In this document: piece by piece, positions 12,271 to 24,600 of the stretch
Position numbering within the stretch: position 1 is the first letter of the stretch
How the letters are laid out: each line of letters begins with the position of its first letter
Source of the DNA: Azolla caroliniana
Lineage: Eukaryota > Plantae > Polypodiophyta
NCBI GenBank assembly: GCA_043228905.1
Contig: JBHGNT010000017.1
Location: forward strand, 372,001-436,000
DNA length: 64,000 nucleotides
Direction: 5' to 3'
Translations under genes and position numbers: made by a program
Notes under the pieces: generated by a model
Told to the model about the DNA's origin: nothing
What the model saw: only the letters and a program-made list of their open reading frames with translations
Databases searched by the model: none

Positions 12271-15200
12271 TTGATAGGAAATGCCATTAGGAGTTGCATA
12301 AATGGAGATTCATTGTCGAGAGTAACAATCTGGATCAAGAAATTGGAAAATAATGGAACTTCTCTATTATCCTCTTTCCAATTGTCAAGTAAGCAAACGT
12401 TTCCTGCTCATTAAACCATAATGGAAGTATTTTGTATTCTGAAATTAAGAGAATTTGTCTAAAGATTCATATTTTTTGTTGTTTCAGTTTCTGACACAGG
12501 ACGAGGCATACAATATGAAGAAATTCAAAGGCTCTATCAATGTTTTATATCCACTTACCAAACATGTTTCTCTAGTGCTCCGTTGTTTTGGGGTAACAAG
12601 TTTCTCTCGAAGTATTCACTTATAGGGTTGTTTTGTATGTAGGTATAATAGCATCAAAATTGAGATATCTATTCAGTATTTCAGTTTTAATTCACATTGG
12701 AAAGCCAAGAGGAAAGGAAATGCACTTCTACTATGTATTGATAATTTTATATCTCCAGTGGACATACTGTCCAATTCTATGTCAATGCCCCAACAGAAAT
12801 ATGTATCTATAGGCTGAAGATTAAGATATTGAAGCTTTACATATAGAACTTAATTGAGAGTAACAATCTGGATCAAGAAATTGGAAAATAATGGAACATC
12901 TCTATTATCCTCTTTCCAATTATGCGCCATATAACGAAGATAACAAAAGCAAGTCAAAGTTTTTTATTTGTTTGTGGATGTTCTTCAAAAAGTTTCCCTG
13001 ATTTGTTCCTTTCTGTTTGCCACTATAGTCTATAATTAGATGCTTGAAAGCTAGAAAAATGGTATGGACAAGTTCTTGGAGCTCATTGCTTTCTTTAAAA
13101 ATAAATTAATTGAGCCTGAGTATTCTCTTATTCCACCTCATTTGTGTCTTCTTCATATACCTTTTTCCTTGAGAAATTTTGAATGTTGGTAAACCATTGG
13201 AACATGGAGAATATTATGGATGTATGGAAGAAATTACCGAATTTAATCTTTTGTGAGAGAATTTAAAGCTTTTGTAATTTGCCTGTTTATACAGGAAGAC
13301 AACTTCAGATCATGACAACAGGTAGGTTCAACTGGGAAAAACACTCGTCAAAATGCAATGATATTGTATCCTCCTCTTGATCAAAACTTTGTTCTTTTGT
13401 GAATGTTGTAGAGTTTTCTGAAGATATTGTTCGACAATATCAAATTTATGATGCATTTCACAATCCCAGGGTTATGCAACTACGCTCACTTCCAAAAGAA
13501 AGTGGATGCTACTCGTACATTCTATGCTCAACTCTTCTATTTTCCCATTTATTGTAAAGGCAAAACTCAAAAATACCGATGTTTTCTTTATTTCGGAAGT
13601 GCCATTTGTCAACTCCCTTCGAGCAATTATATTCTGCTAGTGGTTGATTCATGCCTGCTCGTCAATTATGTGAACTTCTCAATTTTGGGGGGTTGACAAA
13701 GGCGTTTGAGGAAAAATGGGGGCATTTGTTGAGTAAAGAAAATCTCAAGCATATTTCCCAGTTGTCCCTTCGGTTTTATTTGGCTCATCATTTTTTGTTT
13801 ATTGTGACTATGACAGTGGTACAATTGTAACCCTCTCCTTCACAGGATATCCCGAAAAATTTATTGATTACATCCATGATATTTGCTCCAAGGTATCCAA
13901 GGTCTATGTATGTCTGTGTTTTGTTACTGAGGAGATCCTGAAGTTCCCAATATTCAATATCAACAGAGCTTTTTTATATAAAGGGATATATAAAATTTGT
14001 TATTTGGGCTAGTAAAAACTGCGCAATGCCCCTTAATTTTCCTGCACTTTTATTACTTTCCTAAATTACTGCAATCAAATAAATGCAAGCATAATACCTC
14101 ATCATTGTACGGTCATGACATAAGCTTAACAACCTAATGAGAGAGGGTTGGGAAGAGGCATTTCGAAAATCGTTGAAAACCAGGGTCGTGAAGGGGAATA
14201 ATGAAAAACTCGTGATTTTCCAGTTATTTCTAAAAGAAGTTGGAAGGTTGACTAGAAAAATTTCATGCTTCCTTCAATTATGAGGATGCTCATTAGCATG
14301 TGAATGGTCATATAGATTACTGGAAGTGCAACTATTTCATTATGTCATCAATAAACATTAGCACCTTGCCATCCATAATCTCGTTTCCAAGTTCCGTAGA
14401 TAATCATCCAACAATGTTAAGAAATCTTTTAATTTGATCTAGCGTTCTAACTAAACTAACCCTTTTTTGCAATGTAGATGGAGATTCTAATGTTGAAGGT
14501 GAGTATTTACTTATGATCTCTTAACTTTCCTTCACATATGTTTTTTTAACTTAAAGTAAATCTACGTGATAGTTTTTGTAATGTAAATAATTTCACACTT
14601 GAGATGTCTTAAAGTTCCTGTTAAAATAAGTACTTTTGGCCAATCCTGTTTTACCCGATATTGTGGAAGCCACCAAGGTGTTGTATTATTTGGTTCTGAG
14701 CAATTCTGTCATGGATAAGGGACAGAATATATTTGTCCATGTGCTGAAATGCTGTAAACATTTGTTTTGTGAGATTATGCTCAAGCTAGTAAGAGCTCAG
14801 CCTGCTGCCCAACTTTTTATAGAAGCAATTTCAGTTTAATGTTTCATCAGAAGGAAACCCGTTCGGATGTGAACAATGTTTGCTGTGTTGAGCAAATGGA
14901 ATAATGGTGCATACTTTATGGATGAATGTAGTGATGATACCATTTTCACTCTATTTGATCTTGGTTTTGTGCCTTTTACCAATGAGCCTTATCATCAATG
15001 GAAAGATTCAATGTGATAACGTGAAAGAAGTATTGGTAAACCTCAAGGCGCTTTTGTTCAATGTGTTTTCTGAGCAAGATAATATGGGCCTGGGCCAAAA
15101 CCTTGTGTACTAATAGAACATGAAAAAAATTATAGATTGCCTTTCCTTGGAAAATTTAACAGTGATCACTCTGTTCAAATTCAATGACATTCAATACAAT

Positions 15201-17028
15201 TAAATGGAGAGATGTATGTTTTGTATTCGGTTTAGAAGTCAGCGATATAGTTTACATGGCCAAAGGTATTACCTGTATTATCCTTATCATGTATAATACC
15301 AGGGCAACAGAAACATTATTGTAATTTTTGACAGACTGGGGTCCTCAAATAACACATATAAGTAATTATGCATTTCTGGTGTTCTCAGAATATAGCAATT
15401 GAAGTCACGATTGCTAGATTTCCAGCATGTGATGAGTGTTTCACCAACAATGTGACATGTGTGAGTGGAGGTTTATTATTGCCACCAGAACTTTCAAATT
15501 TAGAGAGACTTGCTGTTGGTTTTACTAATCATCTTGCGAAGAGCTCCAATGAGGAGAGCGATTTGCCAAAACATTTTCAGAGGTACAAGTAGAATGAAAT
15601 TGGTTCACGATACTTAATTGTGTGGATTATCTTCATAGTTCTATTTAAATTTCATCTCTCAAAGATGTGGTTCAGCTCCAATAATCATAAATCTACAGGA
15701 GATGATAGGAAAAGAATAAGTTTCAGAGAATAAACATGTAAAATTCTATTGAAATGCATGAAATTCATCGTTATCCATGAAATTAGGTCTCATACAAGTC
15801 AATGAATGTGTGCTGATTGATCATCTATAGAACAGTGATTTTGTAACAAAAGATGTGTATCATTAGCTGTCCTTGTCAGCTTTGACTAATCTGAAAGCCT
15901 TTAATCATAGACTTACATATAAACTTCTGAATAGCAAAACTCCTCTCTACAGTAACTTAGTAATCAAGGAATCCAAGAATTTTTTGTAAACATAGGCCAA
16001 ATTGTATATTTTTTTACAACACTGAAGATAGTTGAATGGCTTTAAAAAAATTATATTTTTGAGACAGCATATGATATCTGGCAAATCATTGATTACGTCA
16101 CAGGAAACCCTTCAAAATTGGCAAAGCACAATCTGGATCTTCAGAATCTTCAAGTGAAACGATTTGGTTCTTTGAAACCTGCTTTGTGATCATAGAAGCT
16201 TCAGCCATGTATACTACATGTGACAATAGCTTTAAAACACAGGTTTGGCACTCTAAAGCAATTATGTGAGAGTTGATACTTCAGATCTTAATTGCTGCAC
16301 CTGACTTTCTTTTTCTTTGGTATGAACCAAGCAGGTTTTTTTCTTTCAAGACTTCATGTGTGCAACTGTAACGTCAGCTATCCTGGAGTGCTTGAAAACG
16401 AAAGTGAATTGGGCTAATTTTGGCTTGAAAGTGAAGAGAATGCAGGTTGATGAATATGGAGTTGCATTTATTGAGTGGGACAACTTATCACAGTTGGAAA
16501 GTATTGCAATTGTTTTGCATAGATATCGAAATGATATCCTTCCTAATGAAGTTTTAGATATTTTGGGAGAGTTTAAGTGCTACACTACTTTTATATTATT
16601 AAGCTTTGATTGGGTTCACAGTTCCTATATTTTATGGAAAATAAACATCAGACAAAAGCTGTTAAATGGTGTAGAGAAGTAAATCTTCTGAAGAAATCAG
16701 TAGAGGATGCTCTGAATGATTTGAAGCACCAACATCCACATCTTTTCCTCAGTCAACACTCTTTAGAGGTATGCAAAATTTGATAGATTTTTATTCTAAA
16801 CATCATAGCCAATATGCCACTATGCAATATAAATTTAGACTAACCATGAGAGAAGAAGTAAAAGGAAGAACTGAAGACGGCATTTTATGTCTCTACAGTG
16901 GTGAACATGGGCTGTGACATACAGACAATTTCTAATATCATGGTAAAACTCCAATAATGCAAACGTGTCTCATGCCTTAGATCACTTGCCATGTATGTAG
17001 CAAAGATTATCAAATCATCTTAGAATAG
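12271..17028 (+). CDS. MTOPVIB: Type 2 DNA topoisomerase 6 subunit B-like (meiotic SPO11 partner), multi-exon, possibly disrupted
   Basis: Exons 12271-12388 (LIGNAIRSC...), 12488-12592 (ISDTGRG, GHKL fold), then phase-consistent 13295-13321, 13817-13892 (SGTIVTL), 14478-14498, 15389-15582 (SNLERL), 16104-16242, 16335-16533 (VFFFQDF...NWANFGL...FIEWDNL) and 16620-16768 (LLKKSVEDALNDLKHQH..FLS.HS). The order is collinear with recalled Arabidopsis MTOPVIB motifs. Start codon, the 12593-13294 exons and the last exon are uncertain. Confidence 0.85.
16534..16619 (+). other. U12-type AT-AC intron in MTOPVIB
   Basis: 5' end ATATCCTT, 3' end TTCAC, branch-like CTTTGAT about 10 nt before the AC. Removal joins G|AG and puts the next conserved block in frame. 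Confidence 0.8.
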
Positions 17029-17118
17029 TGCACCTCTTCCTCCCTAGTGTACATATCTCTCTCTATTCTGGATTTGATGGTATAATGAACTGACCAATGA
17101 CATATCTAATCCTGAAGG

Positions 17119-18552
17119 TCAAGGCCCAGGCTTATAGTATTTTGTGAGAAAGCTTTCTTCATCTTCAAAGGCTGTACTGTCCTCTGACAAATCCTATTTG
17201 TATCAAGTGTGAGTATTTCTAGTTAGAACACTTTATTGACAGCTAAATTTGCATTGTGCACGAGAGGCAATCTTGCATGAACTTAGGTAGATATACATGT
17301 GAAATTTGAAGTTCTTTCCAGAAACTCATATATTCAAACTTAGGTAGGTATGACTTAAATGCAACTTGAAGTTGCACTACTGTGAAGATAAAATATATAG
17401 TACTGTCTGCTTCTAAGCCAATTCGTATGCTTGAGATATCATCATTCATGATATCTGGTATCAAATACTGTTTGAGCATGTAAAAAGAAACTCTTTCGTT
17501 CTGTCCCGTGTTATAACCCAATTAGAGAAGAGAGTGAGAGTGAGAGTGAGATAGAGAGCAAGAGCAGAATTCCTATTTACATCAATGGAGTACCTTGAAG
17601 AGAAAAGGAACAATATCAATAATAATATCTATATCAACATCTCCTAGTGACTAGACCAAAATGGCAGATAATTGTTTACCGTACTAGTGGTTGAACTGGT
17701 GGTGACCTAGGTTGTGGTAAGTTGGAGCATGTTACTTTCAACCTTTCTTTGTGTAGTTTTTGATGAGATAAACAAAGAAATACAGAAATAAGTTCTTTTA
17801 ATGTCCTTGGGAGGCAAAATTTAATCACAATCAAGTGTATTTTGCTTACATCCCACTTTGGGTTATGTCATTGGCATATATGTAGACAAAACGAAATCAA
17901 AGTAAAAGCTGATAGCTCTGAGGATTCTACATAATACATATTATGTACGCTTCCATAATGTTAAAATCATCCTTTATGCCCTTGAGATCTTTTAAATTCT
18001 GGAATGACATGTACAAGACAATGATACATTGCAGATGGCTTGGTAACCTTTGGCAATTCTTGCTTCCTGTTCTTTACTCATGCTGATGCGCTGTGGTCTG
18101 CTATCCACACTTTTGTTCCTTCAATAGATTGCTTAAGTGATTACAACTCATAGATTACTGTTTCACTATATTTTAAGAAATGGATTAGAATGTCATATTA
18201 AGATATAGACAAAGGCCACAATGACCTATGATACTAAAGATACAAGCATGATCAGAGATGATACAAATTATCTAGGTGGTAGAGAGACAGATAATGTCAT
18301 GACTAAACAAGGTGGCCAACATAACCCATGGAACCAGCAATTCTTACGAAACATCATCCCCAGCTGTGAGGTGAGGGATTTTTAAATGGTAGGAAAAACA
18401 AAGAAAATGTAAAAGCTGAAATGAGAAATTAATCTAGTTGTCAAAATTTTACTGTTTTGACTTTGATGAGTTATTATGTGGTCGAGTACACAAGTACAGG
18501 ACATGCTCAGTATCGTCAGTGATGGTTTCATCCTCATTACTCCTTGAAAGTT
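17119..18552 (-). CDS. 3' exons of an unidentified gene convergent with MTOPVIB
   Basis: AG/GT-bounded short exons: 17119-17193 (DLSEDSTAFEDEESFLTKYYKPGP*), ~18047-18096 (PQRISMSKEQEARIAK) and a possible micro-exon near 18348-18363. No family recognised; the 5' part is probably in the gap. Confidence 0.35.
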
Positions 18553-18652
18553 NNNNNNNNNNNNNNNNNNNNNNNNNNNNNNNNNNNNNNNNNNNNNNNN
18601 NNNNNNNNNNNNNNNNNNNNNNNNNNNNNNNNNNNNNNNNNNNNNNNNNNNN
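18553..18652. other. Assembly gap (100 N)
   Basis: Run of N. Confidence 1.
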
Positions 18653-18656
18653 TCCT

Positions 18657-18770
18657 CTTTTATATACATATTTAACACACAGAGAGAGAGAGAGACGGGA
18701 GATGCCTCTCCGCACGAGAATTTGCCACGTGTCCCGCACTTTCTTCTCTTCCATCTCTTTCTGTTAAATG

Positions 18771-18802
<32 letters not shown>

Positions 18803-19034
18803 GGGGTGTTAAATTTGGGGTTCACGTTCCATTCCAATTCCAATTTATTTTTTTGCTGCTGATGATGATCCACCACACAAGCAAAACAAAGAAGACCGAA
18901 CGAAAAGGAATGGGGTGGCCACAGAGATGTTGCCACGTGTGCCGGCTTGCTTACATGGTCCAAGCGTGATGAGCCACGTATGCATGCACGAATGGAGCGC
19001 CCCCACCCCCGAATTGCATGGCCACATGGGCATG

Positions 19035-19070
<36 letters not shown>
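18657..19070 (-). promoter_or_regulatory. Promoter-like region with G-box/ABRE and RY motifs
   Basis: GCCACGTGT around 18726 and 18934, GCCACGTA at 18973, CATGCA at 18983 and 19031, and minus-strand TATATAAAAG at ~18657-18666 pointing into the gap. Confidence 0.45.
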
Positions 19071-19071
<1 letters not shown>

Positions 19072-21521
19072 CTCCCTCTTTTATAAAATTTATTATATAT
19101 CTTCTTCTTCCTCTTCTCTAAATTCGAATCATTTGGTTTTAAATCCGACACGGTCCCCAAATTCAAGCCCCTATACCGTTTAAAGAATTCGAAACCAACT
19201 AAAAAAAGAAGGGGGGAAAGGGAACTTTATAAATTAACAAACCCACCCCCACCTCACCTCACCTCAATCTCATGTATATTCTCAATGTCTGCTTGTCCGC
19301 TTTCGGTAGGTATATACATAACATGTCTCCACTATTGTCACACAGTCGTCGATTCTGATGCTACATCACCTGACATCAAATTTCGCAAAATGTAGGCCTA
19401 CCCCTCCCCTACTTTTCTTGGAATCCTAACTTTAGTGCATTATTAGTGCCCTATGAAGCCTACATTACTGTGATATGTGAACCCTCAATTGTACCATTAC
19501 CGTACATACTGCATTTATGGATTCCAAAGTGATGTTTGCTCAGTTATTATTGTTTGCTCACTTATTCCAAATCCCACTACTGACTCGAATATTTTCAAAA
19601 GCAGAATTAAGTGATAGATGTTCCATCTAGCAAGGATGCATTTCATGTTCATGTTCCTTGCCGATCGATGTGCTACCCATAGTTGATCTTGCAAATTAGA
19701 TTCGGCAATCAGCGTTAGCCATTGCTATATATGATGAGAAGTGACAAAATAGGTAAATTTAGTGTAATGGAACATTTGAAGGTTGTACACACTCGAGAAC
19801 GTGTTACGGGAAATCAAAGAAAGATGTCTCTTCGACGGACACCAAGTGTTTACTTGTTAAGAACCAAAAGGCCATTTGAAATTTATTCTTCTCAAAATCA
19901 TTGAGTAGATGGACATCTTTGATGAATGTTGCCCCTTCCCATAATTCTAGATTGCTCGTTGTGATGCATATACATATTGCAATTCCGCGACCAATAAAGA
20001 ATGTGACAGGAAATATTCTGTGAACCATGCATGCATGCCGATGCCACCATATAGAAGTGACATATAGTGTTAGTGTAGGACTAATTCTAACCATGGCTTT
20101 CTTATCCACTTATTGTTTGGGACCCACTTGAATGTGGGGAATAATATTGAATATGCATGGACATTCTCCACCTATAATAGATTATCTTGTTTTGTAACCT
20201 AAAAGTGATACAAGCGGCAAAAGGCTGATCACAACTTTTCCCCTGTCAGTGCTCTCTCTGGAGGAGGAAATCATGACCTCACCTGTGTGGAGCGGGGCTT
20301 TTACCTTTTTTTGATGATGTTAAGCATCCACCAGCACAGCACAGCACAGCTACTACTACCACTTCGAAAGAGCCAGTGACGATTTGCCACAATATATAAC
20401 GTAACAAGCACATGACAAAGTCTTGAGAGCACTTATAAGGATGACTGTGAATTATTCATATAATCCGGTTCGTCCATGTATATTCGGGTTCCTTTTAGAT
20501 GTCTGGCTTCCATAAATCCTATAGATGTACGTCTTGCCCCCCATGTGCAGAAACAAAATCGTTCAATTCATACTGTTTTAGCATACAACTTCATTTCAAT
20601 CAATATGCAGAGCACAACATATCAAACATTAAGTACTTTCATCGTACACATACGATATTGACGACGATATTTTATTCTTTTTTTACTACATATAAAAGTT
20701 TTCATGTAGTAACCGTGCCTGGTTTTCATCTACTTGTTTCTGAATGTTAGACTATATCTTTTCACTAGGATATCTAATCACATTGTAACATGTATACAAC
20801 AAGGTATATGAGAACAAAGCATTATTCAGTGGGCTCATAAGTTTAAAAAAGAAGAAAAAAGAAGAAAAAAGAAAATTTGCCTTCCATTAAAGAAAAGAAA
20901 GTAATGTATTACAGAAAACAAAAGAACATGGTCCAAGCTCACCAAAAGCATCACATTATTTATTATTAGTCCTTGTACGAATTATTTTTTATATTCATTT
21001 ATTGCGCGATATAAAGACTCACAGTATAAAGGAATTTCATGTTTTTGTTATGGACTTATATGTCTTTAAATGTGTACTGAACTTTACGAAACTCAAATCA
21101 AGTGATGACTTCGTTCTACCTAACCTTCCTGTCCCGTCTTTTTAGAATTTAAACAAATTCATCAATCTACTTGTTGTTTGTCATTCCCCGAGAGCAGATA
21201 TTATAAATATGACTGAAGATTCTGAAATATAATTTCCTCGTCCACTTAGAATACGTTTACACCCTTGCATTCTTAATGCTCAGAAAACTAATAAAATGCT
21301 TTTAGAAAAAACAATTAAACATTGTTCTAATATATTTGAGTCTATTATAAAATACAAAAGCATGATTATTTGCAAGAAGATGGTCCGGCGAGTGTTAATA
21401 AGGTTTACAGTTTTCACCACAATGTAGGACTTCTACAAACCCAGTGTTGAGATACAATATTCCAAAAGAAAATAGTACTTCATGATCTTGCTCAATTCTA
21501 CCTCTTTTGATTTTTATTCCA

Positions 21522-21670
21522 AATATTCACCATTTATAACTACTACCTAGTTACACTTCCAAGACAGTGAGGAAATGACATCTAGAAGGACAGAATATTC
21601 ACCATTTATAACTACTATCTAGCTACACTTCCAAGACAGTGAAGAAATGACGTCTAGAAGGATAGAATAT
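21522..21670. repeat. 72-bp tandem duplication in the SBE 3' UTR region
   Basis: aatattcaccatttataactacta...ctagaagga occurs twice. Confidence 0.85.
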
Positions 21671-21699
21671 ACAAATTGAACCCTGATGAAAAGCAGCTT

Positions 21700-24600
21700 T
21701 TATGTTATCACTGATGCAATCTTTGGTATTGCAAGTGGTGTTTCTTCCACTTTGTAATAAACCTGCAAAAAACAAACCAGAATATGGTAGACGCAATTAT
21801 ATCAAACATTTACGTCCAATAAACATAAATTATCAGAAGGCTTCTTACCTGGCAGGAATAAGGTGGTGATAAAATCTTGAAAGAGTTGGGACGGTTATTA
21901 AAATTTGACTCTGGTTTTCCTGGTATGCCTTCTGGATTGGTGAAATGGTCCACATCATGGGCAACCTAAATTTGTTTTCAGAAGTTAAACCCCATTATAT
22001 ACATGGTTCATAATAGCTCTATAAATAGACATTGGCAATCAAATACAGAACATTCAAGCACATCATAAGTTTTCTCAGTGTTCCAAGTATAAGATTTGAG
22101 CATGGTACAATAAAACCGCAAACAAATTTCAAACATTAAAATCAAGAACATGTTGAACCATTTTCTATTCATTTCTATTATCCTGTATGTTGTGTTTTGA
22201 AATAGGAAGATATAAAAATATCATTTGATTAGAATAGCACTAGATATATCCCAACCAAAGGTTTTTGGCAGCTTTTCACTTGCGACGTAGCTAGATATAG
22301 ATAATAGTTCGAAGTTAAAATTTCATGCTTACCACGCTGTACGTAACCAAGTATAGCACATCAATAATGCTTAGCACTATTCAACCAATTGAAACATTGT
22401 CCTATTCAAGAATTATAAGCTTATCTAAACGAGTTCACAACTAAGCCTTGTGCATATGGTCTCACAATAAGCTCCTCTCTAACGCAGTAAAATGAGAGTC
22501 GAATTATGTACTTGGCCATGACCACCAAACTCCAATGCATCGCTATCTAAAGCAATACGGTATTTTCCAGGCAGATCACAGCCAACCTTGTACCTATATA
22601 AATAACAAAATCATTTAATATAAAAGATCCATTCATAGAAAAAATAGCAGGTGGGTCAAATTAACTAACCCAGAGTATGTATTATTAGGGTGGAAATTGA
22701 AGATAAAAACTAGCCAATTTTTCTCAAAAACGATGACCTGCAGATGAATACTTTAGCCATCGCCAGGGAACTTGATAGTGCAACAATAAAATTTCCACAC
22801 TATGAATGTTTTACCTTTTCTTCCTCATTTATAGAAGAGACTATCTGCTTTGTAGATGCTAAAAAGCCGAACTTATCATCAAGATCATTCATGGCTCTGT
22901 CAAAATTATTCATGAACTTCATAATTTATGAAAAATTATTATGTCAGTAGTTGTTTCTGTTTAATCCCAAAGAGAAAGAGAGCTGCTAACAAAGTTGAGA
23001 CTCGGGAGTGTGTTGGTACCTTATACCGAAGATGCTCTGTATCAACTAAGTTCCATTGTCTCCTACACTTATCAAAACTCCAGTTGTTTCCTTCTCTTGG
23101 GAAATCAATCCACTCTGGGTGCCCAAACTGTTACTTTCAAAACCAACACCAAGGAATATACCTGATTAAAAACTCCAGAAGTATGAGAAAAGGTTACACT
23201 TAATTAATCTTACCTCGTTGCCCATGAAATTTAAGTACCCATCTCCTCCCAAAGCCATTGTCAAAAAGTGGATCATCTATAGCAAAGAAGCGGATATGCT
23301 TAACTGTATTCTTTCAAAGAGAAATTGCTATCTGTACTATGAACATTTATTAGCTCCTCAATGCATGCTTGACGTCTATAAAGCATTGATTCACAAGTGC
23401 CCCAGAGGACATTTCAAAATTTGTCGCAGGCTCATTCTGCTTAGGAAGGATCGCGGTTTTACCTTATGAAGAGCAATGCCTCTGTTAATAATTGGTGATA
23501 TCTGCTGCAAGGAAGACATCCCCACATACATCTCTTTGTCCATCAGCAGAAAGGCAATGGTCTTGTCTCCAACAAGAGACTGTGAGAATTGATACCACGG
23601 TTACTCAAACATTCTGCAGAGAGTTATGTTGAATTGACATAAAGCATTTCTCAACCTACCTGGTCATGACTCTCACAGTATGCAACACATTTCTCAGTGT
23701 ATCGTCTATTCAAGAGTGTATTGCAGATCTCCCCTAATTTCCACTGCTTTTCTGGAACATCCTTCACATATCTAATCCACTTATCTGGGATTCCCATGGC
23801 CAGGCGGTAGTCAAACCCAACACCTCCTTCATTAACAGGTCTGCATAAAGTTGGCATCCCAGAGACATCTTCTGCTATCACAGTGGCATCATGATTAAGT
23901 TTATGGATTAGGTCATTTGCGAGCATCAGATATACCACAGCCTCTACATCAGTATCAAAACCAAGGTATTCAGAATAATTCCCTGTAAATGATCGGTGTA
24001 TTCCATGGTGATGGTAAAGCATCGATGTGATTCCATCGAATCGGAAGCCATCGAATTTGTATTCATCAAGCCACCAATGAACATTGGATAGAAGAAATCG
24101 CAACACTTCCCAATTACCGTAATTGAATAGCCGACTATCCCACAGCTTATGATATCCACGATCACCAGTGTGAAAGTAGGATGCTTCTGTGTTTTGCCCA
24201 AAATCATATCCATTAAGACCATCCGAAACATTATTTCCAGCATGACTATGTACAACATCAATAAGTACTCTAAGTCCCAAGGAATGGGCTTTATCAATAA
24301 GGTATTTCAGTTCCTCTGGTGTCCCAGAACGGCTACTAACAGCAAAGAAATTCGTGACATGATAACCAAATGATGCATAATAAGAATGCTCCATGATTGC
24401 CATTAGCTGCACAGTGTTATAATTATTTGCCTTGATTCTCGGCAAAATGTTATCAGCGAACTCTATGTATGACGATACACGAGGCTCAGCAGAGCTCATG
24501 CCAACATGAGCTTCATATATCCGAGGTGATGCAGGCTTTGGAGGTTGAGGATACTTAAATTTGTATCTATTAGCCCAAAATCCAAATTTCATTATGCATC

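Noticed and set aside
19280-20700. Possible snoRNA cluster, miRNA (miR169- or miR156-like words) or Pol III RNA ending in the T run near 20306
   Set aside because: No complete mature miRNA with star strand, no convincing C/D pair with an identifiable guide and no clear USE element.
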